Below, in pieces: positions 52,432 to 63,176 of a stretch of DNA of 64,000 bases. Each line of letters begins with the position of its first letter. The stretch's first letter is position 1. The stretch lies in NCBI GenBank assembly GCA_963772365.1, contig CAVYXA010000005.1, positions 64,001 to 128,000 on the forward strand, given 5' to 3'. The notes below the pieces were generated by a model that worked only from the letters and a program-made list of their open reading frames with translations, ran no database searches and had not been told where the DNA came from. Source of the stretch: an uncultured Verrucomicrobiae bacterium. GTDB taxonomy: Bacteria > Verrucomicrobiota > Verrucomicrobiia > Chthoniobacterales > UBA10450. Both the position numbers and the translations under genes were made by a program.

Positions 52432-53050
52432 TTGCCGATCGCTTCGCGGGAAAACGGTTCCATTCGGGTTCGGAACTGCGGCTGCCATTCAGCGTATCCG
52501 CCTTTTGGAAAACTGTGATGAACATCGGTGGAATATTTTGAAGACAATATTCCGATTCCGAATGCTCGAATAACGTGGCGTGCTGTTTCAACTCATTGGT
52601 GACCTGGTAAATGATAAAACGGCCTCCCGGCGCCAGGGCATCATGCGTTTTTTGCAGAAGGGCGCGTTTTTTGTCGATCTTCAGGATGCTAAAGGGAATG
52701 CCGGAGAGAATGTAATCGCAATGGGCGAAGCCGAGCCGGTGGAGTTCCTGCGGCAAAGAAGCGGCGTCGGCATGAATGACATGAACGCGTGGATCGCCCG
52801 CGAACTGTTGTTCGAGGTTGCGCGCAAACGCGGGATCGAGCTCGAATAAAAGCAGGTGCGAGTCCCGGCCCATCCGGCGGGCAATCTCGCGGGAGTGAAC
52901 TCCTTCCCCGGGGCCGTATTCGGCAATCACCCGGGGCTGGCTGAAATCCATTTTGCTGGCCACACGTTCGACCAGAGCTTTCGAGCTGGGTACGATTGAG
53001 GCGATTTGGAACGGACGTTTCAGAAATCGCTTGAAGAACAGCGCGCTCAT
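52424..53050 (-). CDS. Phospholipid N-methyltransferase-like SAM methyltransferase
   Basis: SIVPSS, EYGPGEG, LSGIPF, NIPP. Confidence 0.8.
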   Translation of the reverse strand: MSALFFKRFLKRPFQIASIVPSSKALVERVASKMDFSQPRVIAEYGPGEGVHSREIARRMGRDSHLLLFELDPAFARNLEQQFAGDPRVHVIHADAASLPQELHRLGFAHCDYILSGIPFSILKIDKKRALLQKTHDALAPGGRFIIYQVTNELKQHATLFEHSESEYCLQNIPPMFITVFQKADTLNGSRSSEPEWNRFPAKRSANG

Positions 53051-53267
53051 CGCGGCGGAACAGTCCACCGGCGTTTCCTCATTGTCCAGACGAAGTATAA
53101 CGGCAATCGTCTCATGTTCATCAAATCGTGGCATATGCCCTCGGCTGAGGCATAAATTGCATGGCCGGCCATGTCCTAACAAAAGATTGACATCTTTTCT
53201 AAAATTTATAATGCTTTTATTTGCGAAATGTCTTGCCCATTCTCCCCTAAATTGATGATTTCCTAAC

Positions 53268-53819
53268 ATGCATAACCTGCTTACGGTTAAGGAAACGGCC
53301 AAATACCTTCGTATCCCGTTGCCCACCGTTTACTATCTTGTTCAGCGGGGACAGCTGCCGGCAATCCAAATTGGCGGCCGTTGGCGCATCAAGAAGAGTT
53401 CCCTCGACAAAGATATCCTCAAAGAGGACAAATCCGGTCAACCAACCGTGCTCGTTGTCGATGACGACGAGAGTCTGCAGAATCTTTTCCGAATTTTTCT
53501 CAAGAAAATTGGGTTCAGCCGGGTCGTGGTCGGCACGGTCAAGGAAGCTTTGGTGGCATTGGACAAGCAGAAGTTCGATCTGATTTTTCTCGATCTAAAA
53601 TTACCCGATGGACCGGCCGATGATGTCTATGATTCGGCGAAGAAGTCGCAGCCACATTGTCCGATCATCATCATTACCGGCTATCCGGACAGCGAGATGC
53701 TGGATCGGATTCTGGCCCGCGGTCCGGTCACGGTTCTAAAAAAGCCGCTCAAGGTCGAGCAACTGAAAGAAACGGTCCGCATCCTTGGACACAAGGAAGC
53801 AGTCAAGCTTGCGGCCTAG
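53268..53819 (+). CDS. Excisionase-type HTH + receiver domain regulator
   Basis: LLTVKETAKYL...GGRWR; VLVVDDD, FLDLKLPD, IITGY, KP. Confidence 0.88.
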   Translation: MHNLLTVKETAKYLRIPLPTVYYLVQRGQLPAIQIGGRWRIKKSSLDKDILKEDKSGQPTVLVVDDDESLQNLFRIFLKKIGFSRVVVGTVKEALVALDKQKFDLIFLDLKLPDGPADDVYDSAKKSQPHCPIIIITGYPDSEMLDRILARGPVTVLKKPLKVEQLKETVRILGHKEAVKLAA

Positions 53820-53860
53820 TTTTCCGCATTCGCGGGGACCAAGATCGACGTCGCAACGCG

Positions 53861-54569
53861 CTAGATTTTTGGAGCGAAAAGTAATTTCGTGTGGCGATCG
53901 ATAGTCGCGCCTTGAGCCAGGAAAAAATCGCCCAGTTCCGAAGTGTAGGCCAGGCTGTCGTGCTGCGGGTTCAGATCCAGATAAATCCGGCCGCCGGGTA
54001 ACAGATGACGTCTGGCGTCCTGTAAAAAGTAGTCCCACTCTTCGATGCCCCAGGGGATGAATTGAGTCGGGCCTGTGAATGTGACCGAAAATGAGACGGA
54101 GAACGCCGTAATCCAATCGGTACTGAGCGCCAGTGTCAGGCAGAGGCTTAAACTTTTCGATTCGATGAACGATTCGCTGGAGCCCTAACAATTCAAACAT
54201 TTCGCGAAAAAGCGGACATTTGTCGATATCCAATCCCATGCCGGTGTGCCCCAGCACGCGCGCAACGAAAAGGAAAAAACCGGCGCCGGACCCGAGATCG
54301 AGGATTCGTTGCGACGGCAGCCGGTCGAGTCCGAGATCTTGAACGCGGCGAATATTCAGCTTCAAAAACCGCTCCGCCTCCACGTACTTAGGCCAGTCGC
54401 GGCTGCCAGAAACGCCATACGTTTGTTGAAGTCGCGTTAATTCCTTCTGATCAATCCGGGACATGAACCGGCTGACCGGCAATGGGTGTATCGCACGACG
54501 GATGGCGCGTTTCGCGCTGAGCGCCGCTGCCGGGTCAGTGAATTTTCGGAGTTTCTGCAAAAGTCTCAT
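53861..54569 (-). CDS. Class I SAM methyltransferase (frameshift near 54110)
   Basis: ILDLGSGAGFF; the other frame gives WGIEEW...LPGGRIYL and stops at 53861. Confidence 0.75.
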
Positions 54570-54824
54570 GTCTCACAAGTGTACGGCCCATGCTGATAAT
54601 GGATGAGCGGCCAAGAATTCGCTTCAAACGCGGACAAAAACGAAAATGATCTCATAATGCACGAACAACTATGGGAACTATTCGCCATTGACGGAAACGC
54701 TCAAGCTCCTGTCTTGTTTTCCCGCTTCAAGAGATGAACATCGACGGCGCACCAACGGATGAGTAGCGACCCGCCACTTGCTTGCCACGCCCTGGCATTG
54801 GCGTAGGCTGGTCCCTGTTTTACT

Positions 54825-54899
<75 letters not shown>

Positions 54900-54958
54900 T
54901 CTTTCCCCTCTATGCGCCAACGATTTACGCATTTCTGTCCGCGAGCTTAGGACCCGAT

Positions 54959-54989
54959 TGTAACACTTTACTGTAACACTTTTGTAACG
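54959..54989 (+). repeat. TGTAACACTTT direct repeats
   Basis: Copies at 54959 and 54972, partial copy at 54983. Confidence 0.6.
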
Positions 54990-55522
54990 CTGAGCCTCGA
55001 CGATGTCTAGGAGGCGGCGTTATGCACTCAGCGCACTGCTGGTCAAAGGCAAGGCGGTCGATGATTTCGCAGTCACGGAATCACCGTGACACGGAAAAGA
55101 GAACTGCTTTCCGCGTGAACCGATAACGACCTCTGCTCCGCGCAGAGCGAGCACAGTCAGAGGTGGAGCGCAGCAGAGCGAGCAATACCTTGACGGTGCA
55201 GAGTGAGCGGTACAATCGAAAGCCGGTTGAAGCTGATCAGCAAAAAGATCAATTAAACGCTGATTAAAATTCAGATACGTCGACCGCGGTTGATCGCGCA
55301 CCGATGCGGCTACGCAGCAGCGGCATCATGACTCCGGGAACCAGCCCGCGAAGTCTCCGGGCGCACGCAGGCACGCGCACGGAGAAAGCTCGGAGTCTTC
55401 GCGTTGGCGGACTGCGTTTAGATGTTTGCATCTGTGTTTTGTCTGCGCGGCCTGATTGTACACAGCGCGCGAGTCGCGTTAAGGTCGAGGTTGATTTGTT
55501 TGCTCATGTAGAACTGGTTTGA

Positions 55523-55984
55523 TCAGCGGTTGTGACCATCCGCGATTCGCAGATTGCGAACGCGCGATGGTTCAGATGGCCTCTCGGCATCTGTGGTTGC
55601 AACTGAGTTTGAAGATCGCGGGTGCGTTGGCGGCGGCTTGCCGGTCATCGCGACGTTCGTTCGCGAAACGGAGGCAGGTTGCTCGCAGTTCATGTTCAGA
55701 ACGGGAGTGCGTCCGAGAGAGAATGGTTGATGTTGTCGTGCTGACCCTGAATTGTGGTTCACCTTCGCGAGAACCTGCGCGATCATTGCGGTGCTCACCG
55801 CTACGCCAACGGTTGCGAGTAGTTCGCGGATAAGGCCGAGCGATGCGTGCTTTTGCCGCAGCTCGATGATGCCGCCTTTCATCGGGATCAAGTTTGCGTG
55901 ACGTAGCTGTCGCGGCGGCGTGAATGCGCGCGCGACCTCGTTGAAACGCTGCGTGTGCGTTGCGATGTCTGCGGGTCCGCCCAC
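55523..55984 (-). CDS. Hypothetical protein (possibly a mobile element remnant)
   Basis: 153-aa ORF with an HTH-like segment ELRQKHASLGLIRELL. Confidence 0.35.
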   Translation of the reverse strand: MGGPADIATHTQRFNEVARAFTPPRQLRHANLIPMKGGIIELRQKHASLGLIRELLATVGVAVSTAMIAQVLAKVNHNSGSARQHQPFSLGRTPVLNMNCEQPASVSRTNVAMTGKPPPTHPRSSNSVATTDAERPSEPSRVRNLRIADGHNR

Positions 55985-56440
55985 ATGTTTGGGCGCGGGT
56001 TAGCGACAGGCCGGAAATTCCTTAGCTTGGCTAAGGGGTAGGGCGTCCCTTCTAAAAACTCGGGGTGCATATACCCTTGGGTTGTCTCAGTTGAGGTGCC
56101 GAAATCGTCCGTGGGGCGAGCGGGCGTGAGCGCTCGCTCATTGGTGTTGTTTTCGTAATCGCGGTTGTCATTCCGCGCTTTGGACATCGCACGCGGCGTA
56201 CCGCCGTTGTCCTCACCGAGAGCAGAGGACGGATTGTTGTTCTTCCTTGGCTTTAATCGCTGGCGCGTCATTCCCTACATCGCGGGAACTCGTGTTGCGC
56301 GCTTATTTTGGCGTTCGCGCACGCGCTTCTACAGGACCTACCAGCAGCAATAGCCAATCACCGCGGGTTGGAGACTCAACTCCACTGCCTAATAGTCACA
56401 TGGCGGGTTCGAGCCCCGTAGGCCGCGAGGTGGGGGACAA

Positions 56441-56848
56441 TCAGCGCCCGAATTCGACGAAATAAAATCGACTCGGTTTGTGTTTGAACAACAGCCAGCC
56501 CGCGATTGCACCGACGAATGTTGCGTCGATCACGGCGCGCAATCCGAGTTTCCACGGCACCGCATGGATGATTGCGCAGGTAACTCCATAAATAATGATC
56601 AGCGGCCAGATGAGCATGAATGTAATTCGCGCGCTGCGCCGATGGTGTTTCAACGCGAACGCCGTTGCACCCATCAAGAGCGCGACCATCGCGACGAGCG
56701 GTGCTGCGATTCTCAGCCACGCTCCTCGGTTTACCGCCGTCCCGCCAATAGTGTAGCCGCCGATGAAGCGGCCGAGATCGAGCAACACAGCGATGAATCC
56801 GATCAGGGCGCCGACGGCGTAAATTGCACAAAACCACATCAAAATCAT
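56441..56848 (-). CDS. Hypothetical membrane protein
   Basis: Four hydrophobic segments. Confidence 0.5.
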   Translation of the reverse strand: MILMWFCAIYAVGALIGFIAVLLDLGRFIGGYTIGGTAVNRGAWLRIAAPLVAMVALLMGATAFALKHHRRSARITFMLIWPLIIIYGVTCAIIHAVPWKLGLRAVIDATFVGAIAGWLLFKHKPSRFYFVEFGR

Positions 56849-57004
56849 TAGGCGTGCCGAAGAACGCCGCGCCTAACGAAACGGCGATGAAAGAGTGATC
56901 GTGTCGCGTGACGAATTTGTCCAAAGCCAGACAACGCAGCGAATTCAAGTATCTTGTCGCATGGTCTGGATAGATTAAACTCATCGTCAGAAAAGGTTTA
57001 AGTT

Positions 57005-57703
57005 ATGTTGCGAAGCGTTAAGCAGCTTTACGGGAAAAAACTCGGCACATCTGGCGGCGAGATCGGCCATGTGAAGGACTTCTATTTTAATGATCAACAA
57101 TGGGTTATCCGATATGTTGTCGCGGACACGGGCTCATGGCTATCGGGGCGTTTAATTCTGATCTCTCCTCATGCTTTCGAAAACCTGTATCAAGACGGCG
57201 ACTGCCTGCTCGTGAATCTGACTCGGCAACAGATTGAAAACAGCCCTTCAATTGAGTCGCACAAGCCAGTCTCGCGACAATACGAAGAGGAGTATTATCG
57301 TTACTATGGATGGCCGTTCTACTGGGCCGGAGGCGAAATGTGGGGAGTGAGTGGTCTTCCTGTGGCTCCGCCGCCGCAGCTTGCGCCGAGTAAGAAAGCA
57401 AGCCGGGGTGGCCGCGCTCACAATGGCGACGATCCTCATCTGCGAAGCACACAGGCTCTGAGCGGTTACCACATTCAAACCAGCGAAGGAGCGATCGGCC
57501 ACGTCATCGACTTTATGATGGACGACAAGAGTTGGGCGATTCGTCACCTGGTCGTCGAAACTGGCCATTGGTATTCCGGCAAGGAAATCGTGATTTCACC
57601 GAAGCATATCGACCGGATCAGTTACGAGGAATCCAAGGTGTTTGTGAACGTGACCAAGGATGCCATCAAACATGCGAAGGAATACCACATGCCTCGCACG
57701 TGA
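57005..57703 (+). CDS. PRC-barrel domain protein (two domains)
   Basis: GEIGHVKDFYF..WVIRYVVADTG motif occurs twice. Confidence 0.9.
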   Translation: MLRSVKQLYGKKLGTSGGEIGHVKDFYFNDQQWVIRYVVADTGSWLSGRLILISPHAFENLYQDGDCLLVNLTRQQIENSPSIESHKPVSRQYEEEYYRYYGWPFYWAGGEMWGVSGLPVAPPPQLAPSKKASRGGRAHNGDDPHLRSTQALSGYHIQTSEGAIGHVIDFMMDDKSWAIRHLVVETGHWYSGKEIVISPKHIDRISYEESKVFVNVTKDAIKHAKEYHMPRT

Positions 57704-57886
57704 CTATCACGATACGCGGAATTTTAACCGATGCCCAAGAGAAGGTCTAACAAGGTAATCACTCAACAAACAATGCAGGAAAGAAAACAGCATAAACAAG
57801 AGCAACTCGATCGTGGCGTCTACCCGTCGCACAGCGCTGCTGAGGCAGCGATCAAAGAACTTCCGTAATCCAGTTTTGGATCGCAC

Positions 57887-58930
57887 ATGCAAGCACTAAC
57901 CTATCTGGGCCCGGGTAAGCGAGCCCTGGAGACACGGCCGAAGCCGCTCATCCAGGCGGCGACAGACGCCATTGTCCGTGTGACTGCGACAACTATTTGT
58001 GGAACCGACCTCCACATCCTCAAAGGCGATGTGCCTACCGTTACCGCCGGCCGAATTTTGGGACACGAAGGGGTCGGCATCATCGAAGAAGTGGGAGGAA
58101 GTGTGTCCAATTTCAAGGTTGGGGCGCATGTACTTATCTCCTGCATTACATCCTGTGGAAGATGTACGAACTGCAAGAAAGGGATGTACTCACATTGCGA
58201 GAACGGCGGAGGATGGATTCTAGGCAATCTCATTGATGGGACGCAGGCGGAGTATGTTCGAATCCCCTACGCAGATAACAGTTTGTACCCAATTCCCGCC
58301 GGAGCTGATGAGGAAGCGCTGGTAATGTTGAGCGACATCTTGCCGACTGGTTTTGAGTGCGGCGTGTTGAATGGCACCGTCAAACCGGGTGATACGGTGG
58401 CGATTGTTGGGGCGGGCCCGATAGGTATGGCGGCACTTCTGACCGCGCAATTCTATTCTCCCGCAGAAATCATCATGATCGACGGAGATAAGAATCGGCT
58501 AGACGTCTCTACCAAGTTCGGAGCAACCAAAATCGTAAACCGTATCGGCGACAAGGCCGTCGAGGAAGTGATGGCGCTGACGGGGAACAGAGGCGTAGAC
58601 GTGGCCATCGAAGCCGTCGGCTTAACGGGAAGTTTCGATACATGCCAGAAGATCGTGGCCGCCGGCGGCCATATTGCCAACATCGGTGTCCACGGGAAAC
58701 CTGTGCAACTAAACCTGGATAAGCTTTGGTCGCACAATATCACCCTAACGACGCGCCTGGTTGATACCGTGACCACGCCAATGCTTTTAAAGACGGTGGT
58801 TTCGCGGAAGCTTCAACCGGAACAACTCATTACGCATCACTTCACCTTGAATGACGTGATGAAGGCCTACGATACCTTCGCAGATGCGGTTAACCAACGC
58901 GCGCTGAAGGTTATAATCACGAACGACTAG
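57887..58930 (+). CDS. Zinc-dependent alcohol dehydrogenase
   Basis: ICGTD, GHEG, CGRCTNC...C, GAGPIG. Confidence 0.95.
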   Translation: MQALTYLGPGKRALETRPKPLIQAATDAIVRVTATTICGTDLHILKGDVPTVTAGRILGHEGVGIIEEVGGSVSNFKVGAHVLISCITSCGRCTNCKKGMYSHCENGGGWILGNLIDGTQAEYVRIPYADNSLYPIPAGADEEALVMLSDILPTGFECGVLNGTVKPGDTVAIVGAGPIGMAALLTAQFYSPAEIIMIDGDKNRLDVSTKFGATKIVNRIGDKAVEEVMALTGNRGVDVAIEAVGLTGSFDTCQKIVAAGGHIANIGVHGKPVQLNLDKLWSHNITLTTRLVDTVTTPMLLKTVVSRKLQPEQLITHHFTLNDVMKAYDTFADAVNQRALKVIITND

Positions 58931-58980
58931 GGTGCCGCCAGCTTTACATTCGCGCAATTGACGTCAAACAGGAAAGACAA

Positions 58981-59400
58981 ATGAAGACACAAGTAGGTAT
59001 CTGGATCGACCACCGAGAAGCAAATATGGTGTTCCTGTCCCAAGACGGGGAAGCGACACGGCAAATCAAATCGAATGTCGAAAAGCAGCTTCGACGCTCA
59101 GGCGATTCCCCGTCTGACGAACGCTTTGAAACGCAGAGGGTGCCTGCGTCTGATCGGCGCGAAAAAGGATATGCGGGTCATCTCGCCAATTATTATGAGG
59201 AGATACTATCCGCTGTTCGTGGGGCAGATTCTGTTCTTATCTTTGGTCCGGGGGAGGCGAAAGGGGAACTACGAAAACATTTCCAGAAGCACAATCTCTC
59301 CACACGTATAGTGGGTTTTGAGACGGCTGACAAGATGACGAAGCGACAAATTACGCAGAAAGTGCGAAGCTTCTATATGGTCTCGCCCGCTGTTCACTGA
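58981..59400 (+). CDS. eRF1/baeRF-like hypothetical protein
   Basis: GIWIDHREA, IFGPGEAK, ADKMT..QI. Confidence 0.65.
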   Translation: MKTQVGIWIDHREANMVFLSQDGEATRQIKSNVEKQLRRSGDSPSDERFETQRVPASDRREKGYAGHLANYYEEILSAVRGADSVLIFGPGEAKGELRKHFQKHNLSTRIVGFETADKMTKRQITQKVRSFYMVSPAVH

Positions 59401-59445
59401 ATGGTAATCAACCTCGAATCGGGGCAAAAGCCGCCATCTAGCATT

Positions 59446-59856
59446 ATGAACAAAAATCCTCTGAACAAAGGCAGTTTAACCGAGAACGCTCGCGGTATTG
59501 GCACGGTAACTCCGGAGATGGTCGAGGCGCGTGCGCGTGAATTAGCGGCCATCGCAGGTCGTGTTCCGCCGCAACCGTCCGAGGTTGATTATGAACAGGC
59601 CAAACGTGAACTAACCGGCGGCTCGGAAATGGATGCGGAAGAGATGGCTCTGGAATCCATCGCCGAGTCGGAACGCTGGGATCCCGTCTCCGGCTCCAGT
59701 GGGCACCAGACGCAAGACTCGTTAGGCGAAGACGAAGACAGCGAAGGCCGAAGCGAGAGTGCGCAACTGGTGGAAGAAGGAATCAAAGAAGCGGAGCACG
59801 ATCAGATGCTCCAAGCCGCTCGGGCAGCTCAGAAAAGGGACCAAGGCGAACCGTAA
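59446..59856 (+). CDS. Acidic hypothetical protein
   Basis: VEARARELA..DYEQAKREL; LVEEGIKEAEHD. Confidence 0.6.
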   Translation: MNKNPLNKGSLTENARGIGTVTPEMVEARARELAAIAGRVPPQPSEVDYEQAKRELTGGSEMDAEEMALESIAESERWDPVSGSSGHQTQDSLGEDEDSEGRSESAQLVEEGIKEAEHDQMLQAARAAQKRDQGEP

Positions 59857-59894
59857 TTTCTACCACGAGTGGCACCCAGCATGGCAAACAGCCA

Positions 59895-59936
59895 GTATTG
59901 AAGGTTGTGTCCTAATTAGGACACAACCGTATTGAA
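59895..59936. mobile_element. 26-bp palindromic mini-element with 8-bp target duplication
   Basis: GTATTGAA-[GGTTGTGTCCTAATTAGGACACAACC]-GTATTGAA. Confidence 0.7.
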
Positions 59937-59942
59937 AACTGA

Positions 59943-60640
59943 ATGGCAGATCGAAATCGTCCGCCCTCAGATGTCTCCTTCAAAATGGTTTCTACGAAAT
60001 CGGTGATCCGGCGTCGGATAACGAAACGGTCAAGAGAGATTACGACGTTGTTTTTGGATATCGGCGGTGTCCTGCTCACGGACGGGTGGCAACACGAATC
60101 ACGGAAACGCGCGGCGGAGGCGTTCCATCTGGATCTCAGCGAAATGGAGGAGCGGCATCACCTGACCTTCGATACCTACGAGGAGGGAAAGCTCAATTTG
60201 GAAGAATATCTGGGCCGGGTGGTCTTCTACAAAAAACGGCCGTTCACGCAGGCGCAGTTTCGGCGTTTCATGTTCGCGCAGTCGAAGCCTCACCCCGAGA
60301 TGATCGAGTTGGTCCGCCGGCTCAAAGCCAGGCATCGATTGAAGATCATCGTAGTGAGCAACGAAGCACGGGAGTTAAATGCCTACCGCATTCGAAAGTT
60401 CCGGCTGGACCGCTTTGTCGATCTTTTATTTCCTCCTGCTTCGTCCACCTCCGCAAGCCCGACGCGGAATCTTCCGGCTGGCACTGGACATCGCCCAGGC
60501 GCCGGCGGCGGTACGTATATATCGGAAGACCCCGATGTTCGTTCAGATCGCGGAAGTTGGGGATTCGAAGCGTTCTCCACAAGGATTACAAATCCACTCG
60601 CGCGCGACTGGCGGCGTTGGGATTGAAAACAGTCAGATGA
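59943..60640 (+). CDS. HAD family phosphatase (frameshifts near 60425-60560)
   Basis: FLDIGGVL, VSNE; RKPD appears in a shifted frame. Confidence 0.8.
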
Positions 60641-61902
60641 TCGCGCTGATTGCCATGGCCGCCGCCGAGAGCCATTCCAAAGCGGTCATCCTGGCGATCT
60701 TCGCCATCACTTACCTTGGCATCGCGATCGGACGCGTGCCGGGTCTGAAACTCAATCGCGTGGGCATCGTTCTGCTGGGGGCGATTGCCATGATGATCTT
60801 CGGCGGCGTCGCCACGGGCGAAGTCATCTCTTACGTCAACTGGCCGACGATTCTTTTGCTGTTCGGTTTTTTTGTCATCTCGGCGCAACTCCGTTTGTCC
60901 GGCTTTTATGACCAGGTGGCCAACGGCATTTCCGCGCGGCTTGGTCATCCCGCGCGGTTTCTGCTGGTGTTGATGGCGGTGACCGGCGGGTTGTCGGCGT
61001 TCCTGAACCACGACATCGTTTGCTTCGTCTTTACGCCCATCGTCGGCACGGCGCTGCTTCGCAAACAAATCAATCCCGTTCCGTTTCTGATCGCCCTGGC
61101 GATCGCCAGCAACATCGGCGCGGCGGCCACCTTGATCGGCAATCCGCAGGACATGATGATTGGCGCGGTCGCCCACCTTGACTTTGGCCGCTACATGCTT
61201 TGGAGTTGTGTCCGGTCCTTTTCGCCTTGGGCGGCGCTTACGGAATCATCTGGATGTTGTCGCGCAGAAACCTTCGAATCCGCGTCTGCCGGTTCGCGAA
61301 GGAACCCGCCCGCGCGGCTTATCCCTTCAATCGCGCGCACACCATCAAGGGCCTGGTCATTCTGGCCGTGGTGGTCGGATTGTTTTTCACGCCGTTGCCC
61401 AAGGAAATCATCGCCCTGGCCGCCGCCGGCATTCACCTGGCCAGCCCGAAGTTCCGCACCGAGGAATTGCTGGGCCTGGTGGAGTGGCCGATTCTCGTGC
61501 TCTTCATGGGATTGTTCGTCGTCACCGGCGCGTTTCAATCCACCGGTTACGGCGACCAGGCCGTGCAATGGCTGGCGCACAGCGGCTTCAACCTCAACGC
61601 GCCCGCACAATCTGGCGCTGGCGACCGCCGCCTTATCCAACCTGATCAACAACTCGGCGGCGGTGATGTTGCTGCTCAAAGTCGTCAACCTGTCCCAGCC
61701 GACCGCGGCTTACGTCCTCGCGCTGGCCAACAGCTTTGGCGGCAGCCTGATCATCGTCGGCAGCGTTTCCAACATCATCGTCGTCCAACAAGCGCGCGAC
61801 CTGGGCATCAGCATTTCCTTTCGCGACTTTGCCCGCCTGGGCGTTCCGGTGACGCTGGCCGCGCTGGCTGGATTGATCGGTTGGGCGGCGTTGACGACTT
61901 GA
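60637..61902 (+). CDS. ArsB/NhaD/SLC13-type anion transporter (compensating frameshifts near 61215 and 61605)
   Basis: SAFLNHD, ASNIGAAATLIGNPQ, GSVSNIIV. Confidence 0.85.
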   Translation: MIALIAMAAAESHSKAVILAIFAITYLGIAIGRVPGLKLNRVGIVLLGAIAMMIFGGVATGEVISYVNWPTILLLFGFFVISAQLRLSGFYDQVANGISARLGHPARFLLVLMAVTGGLSAFLNHDIVCFVFTPIVGTALLRKQINPVPFLIALAIASNIGAAATLIGNPQDMMIGAVAHLDFGRYMLWSCVRSFSPWAALTESSGCCRAETFESASAGSRRNPPARLIPSIARTPSRAWSFWPWWSDCFSRRCPRKSSPWPPPAFTWPARSSAPRNCWAWWSGRFSCSSWDCSSSPARFNPPVTATRPCNGWRTAASTSTRPHNLALATAALSNLINNSAAVMLLLKVVNLSQPTAAYVLALANSFGGSLIIVGSVSNIIVVQQARDLGISISFRDFARLGVPVTLAALAGLIGWAALTT

Positions 61903-61910
61903 GAAGAGCT

Positions 61911-63176
61911 ATGACACGAGGGAGGACAAGATCAGCAACAACAAAGAAAACGACGGCCGTACCCGCGATTGAATCAGGAGGGCATGTGCTGACGGTGAAC
62001 GGCGGTTCTTCGAGCATCAAGTTCGCGCTCTACCAAGTTGGCGAACCGCTGAAGCGAGGGCTGCACGGAAAGGTTGACCGCATCGGCTTGAGCGGGACAA
62101 ACTTGACGTTTCACGACGCGAATGGAAAGCCACAGGCCAGTCGCAAACTTACTGCCGCTGATCACAAAACGGCGACGAATTTCCTGATTGATTGGTTCGA
62201 AGAGCAAAATGATTTTGCATCTGTCCGGGCTGTCGGACATCGGGTGGTTCTTGGCCTGCAACACACCGTGCCGGAATTGATCACGCCGGAATTGCTGGAT
62301 GAGCTGCACCGCATCAGTCCCTGCGATCCGGACCATCTGCCTCGCGAGATCCAGCTAATCGAAGCGTTCCGCCAGCGTCATCCGAAACTGCCGCAGTTGG
62401 CCTGTTTCGACACAGCGTTTCACACCACCATGCCGAGGGTGGCGAAGTTGCTTCCGATTCCGCGTCGCTACGAGGCGAAAGGAATTCAACGCTACGGGTT
62501 CCACGGTTTGTCTTACGCCTATCTGATGGAAGAACTCGTGCGCCTCGGCGACCCGGCGGCAACGAATGGCCGCGTGATTCTCGCGCATCTTGGCAATGGC
62601 GCGAGTCTGGCCGCCGTGCGCGACGGCCAGAGCATCGACACCAGCATGGGCTTCACGCCGACGTCCGGGTTGGTGATGAGCACCCGCTCGGGCGATCTTG
62701 ATCCGGGACTTGTTAGTTATCTGGCGCGCACCGAGAAAATGACCGCACCACAATTTGACCGGATGGTAAACCACGATTCCGGGCTGCTCGGTGTTTCGGA
62801 AACCAGCTCCGACATGCGAGATTTACTTGATCACGAAGCGAAGGACGTGCGCGCAGCGGAAGCCGTGGCGCTATTCTGTTATCAGGCGAAAAAATGGATC
62901 GGCGCTTATGCTGCCGCATTGGGCGGATTGGACACTCTCGTCTTCGCCGGCGGCATCGGCGAAAATGCGCCACTTGTTCGCGCACGCATTTGTGAAGAAC
63001 TGAATTTCCTCGGCCTTGAATTGAATGAGGCGCGCAATGCCGAGGCTGCGGGGGTGATTTCCACGGACGCCAGCCGGGTTGCAGTTCGCGTCATTCGCAC
63101 GGACGAAGAACTCATGATTGCAAGGTCGGTCAGCTACGTCCTCCGCCTCGGCGCACAGAAAAAAGATAAACCATGA
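61911..63176 (+). CDS. ackA: Acetate kinase
   Basis: [41 protein letters not shown]. Confidence 0.95.
   Translation: MTRGRTRSATTKKTTAVPAIESGGHVLTVNGGSSSIKFALYQVGEPLKRGLHGKVDRIGLSGTNLTFHDANGKPQASRKLTAADHKTATNFLIDWFEEQNDFASVRAVGHRVVLGLQHTVPELITPELLDELHRISPCDPDHLPREIQLIEAFRQRHPKLPQLACFDTAFHTTMPRVAKLLPIPRRYEAKGIQRYGFHGLSYAYLMEELVRLGDPAATNGRVILAHLGNGASLAAVRDGQSIDTSMGFTPTSGLVMSTRSGDLDPGLVSYLARTEKMTAPQFDRMVNHDSGLLGVSETSSDMRDLLDHEAKDVRAAEAVALFCYQAKKWIGAYAAALGGLDTLVFAGGIGENAPLVRARICEELNFLGLELNEARNAEAAGVISTDASRVAVRVIRTDEELMIARSVSYVLRLGAQKKDKP

Noticed and set aside
56403..56427. T-arm-like GCGGG-TTCGAGC-CCCGT as a tRNA or attR
   Set aside because: No D-arm or anticodon arm, and no match to the tRNA-Val 3' end.
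61200..63176. Transporter-acetate kinase fusion (658 aa)
   Set aside because: Produced by transporter frameshifts; ackA has its own ATG at 61911 after the stop at 61902.
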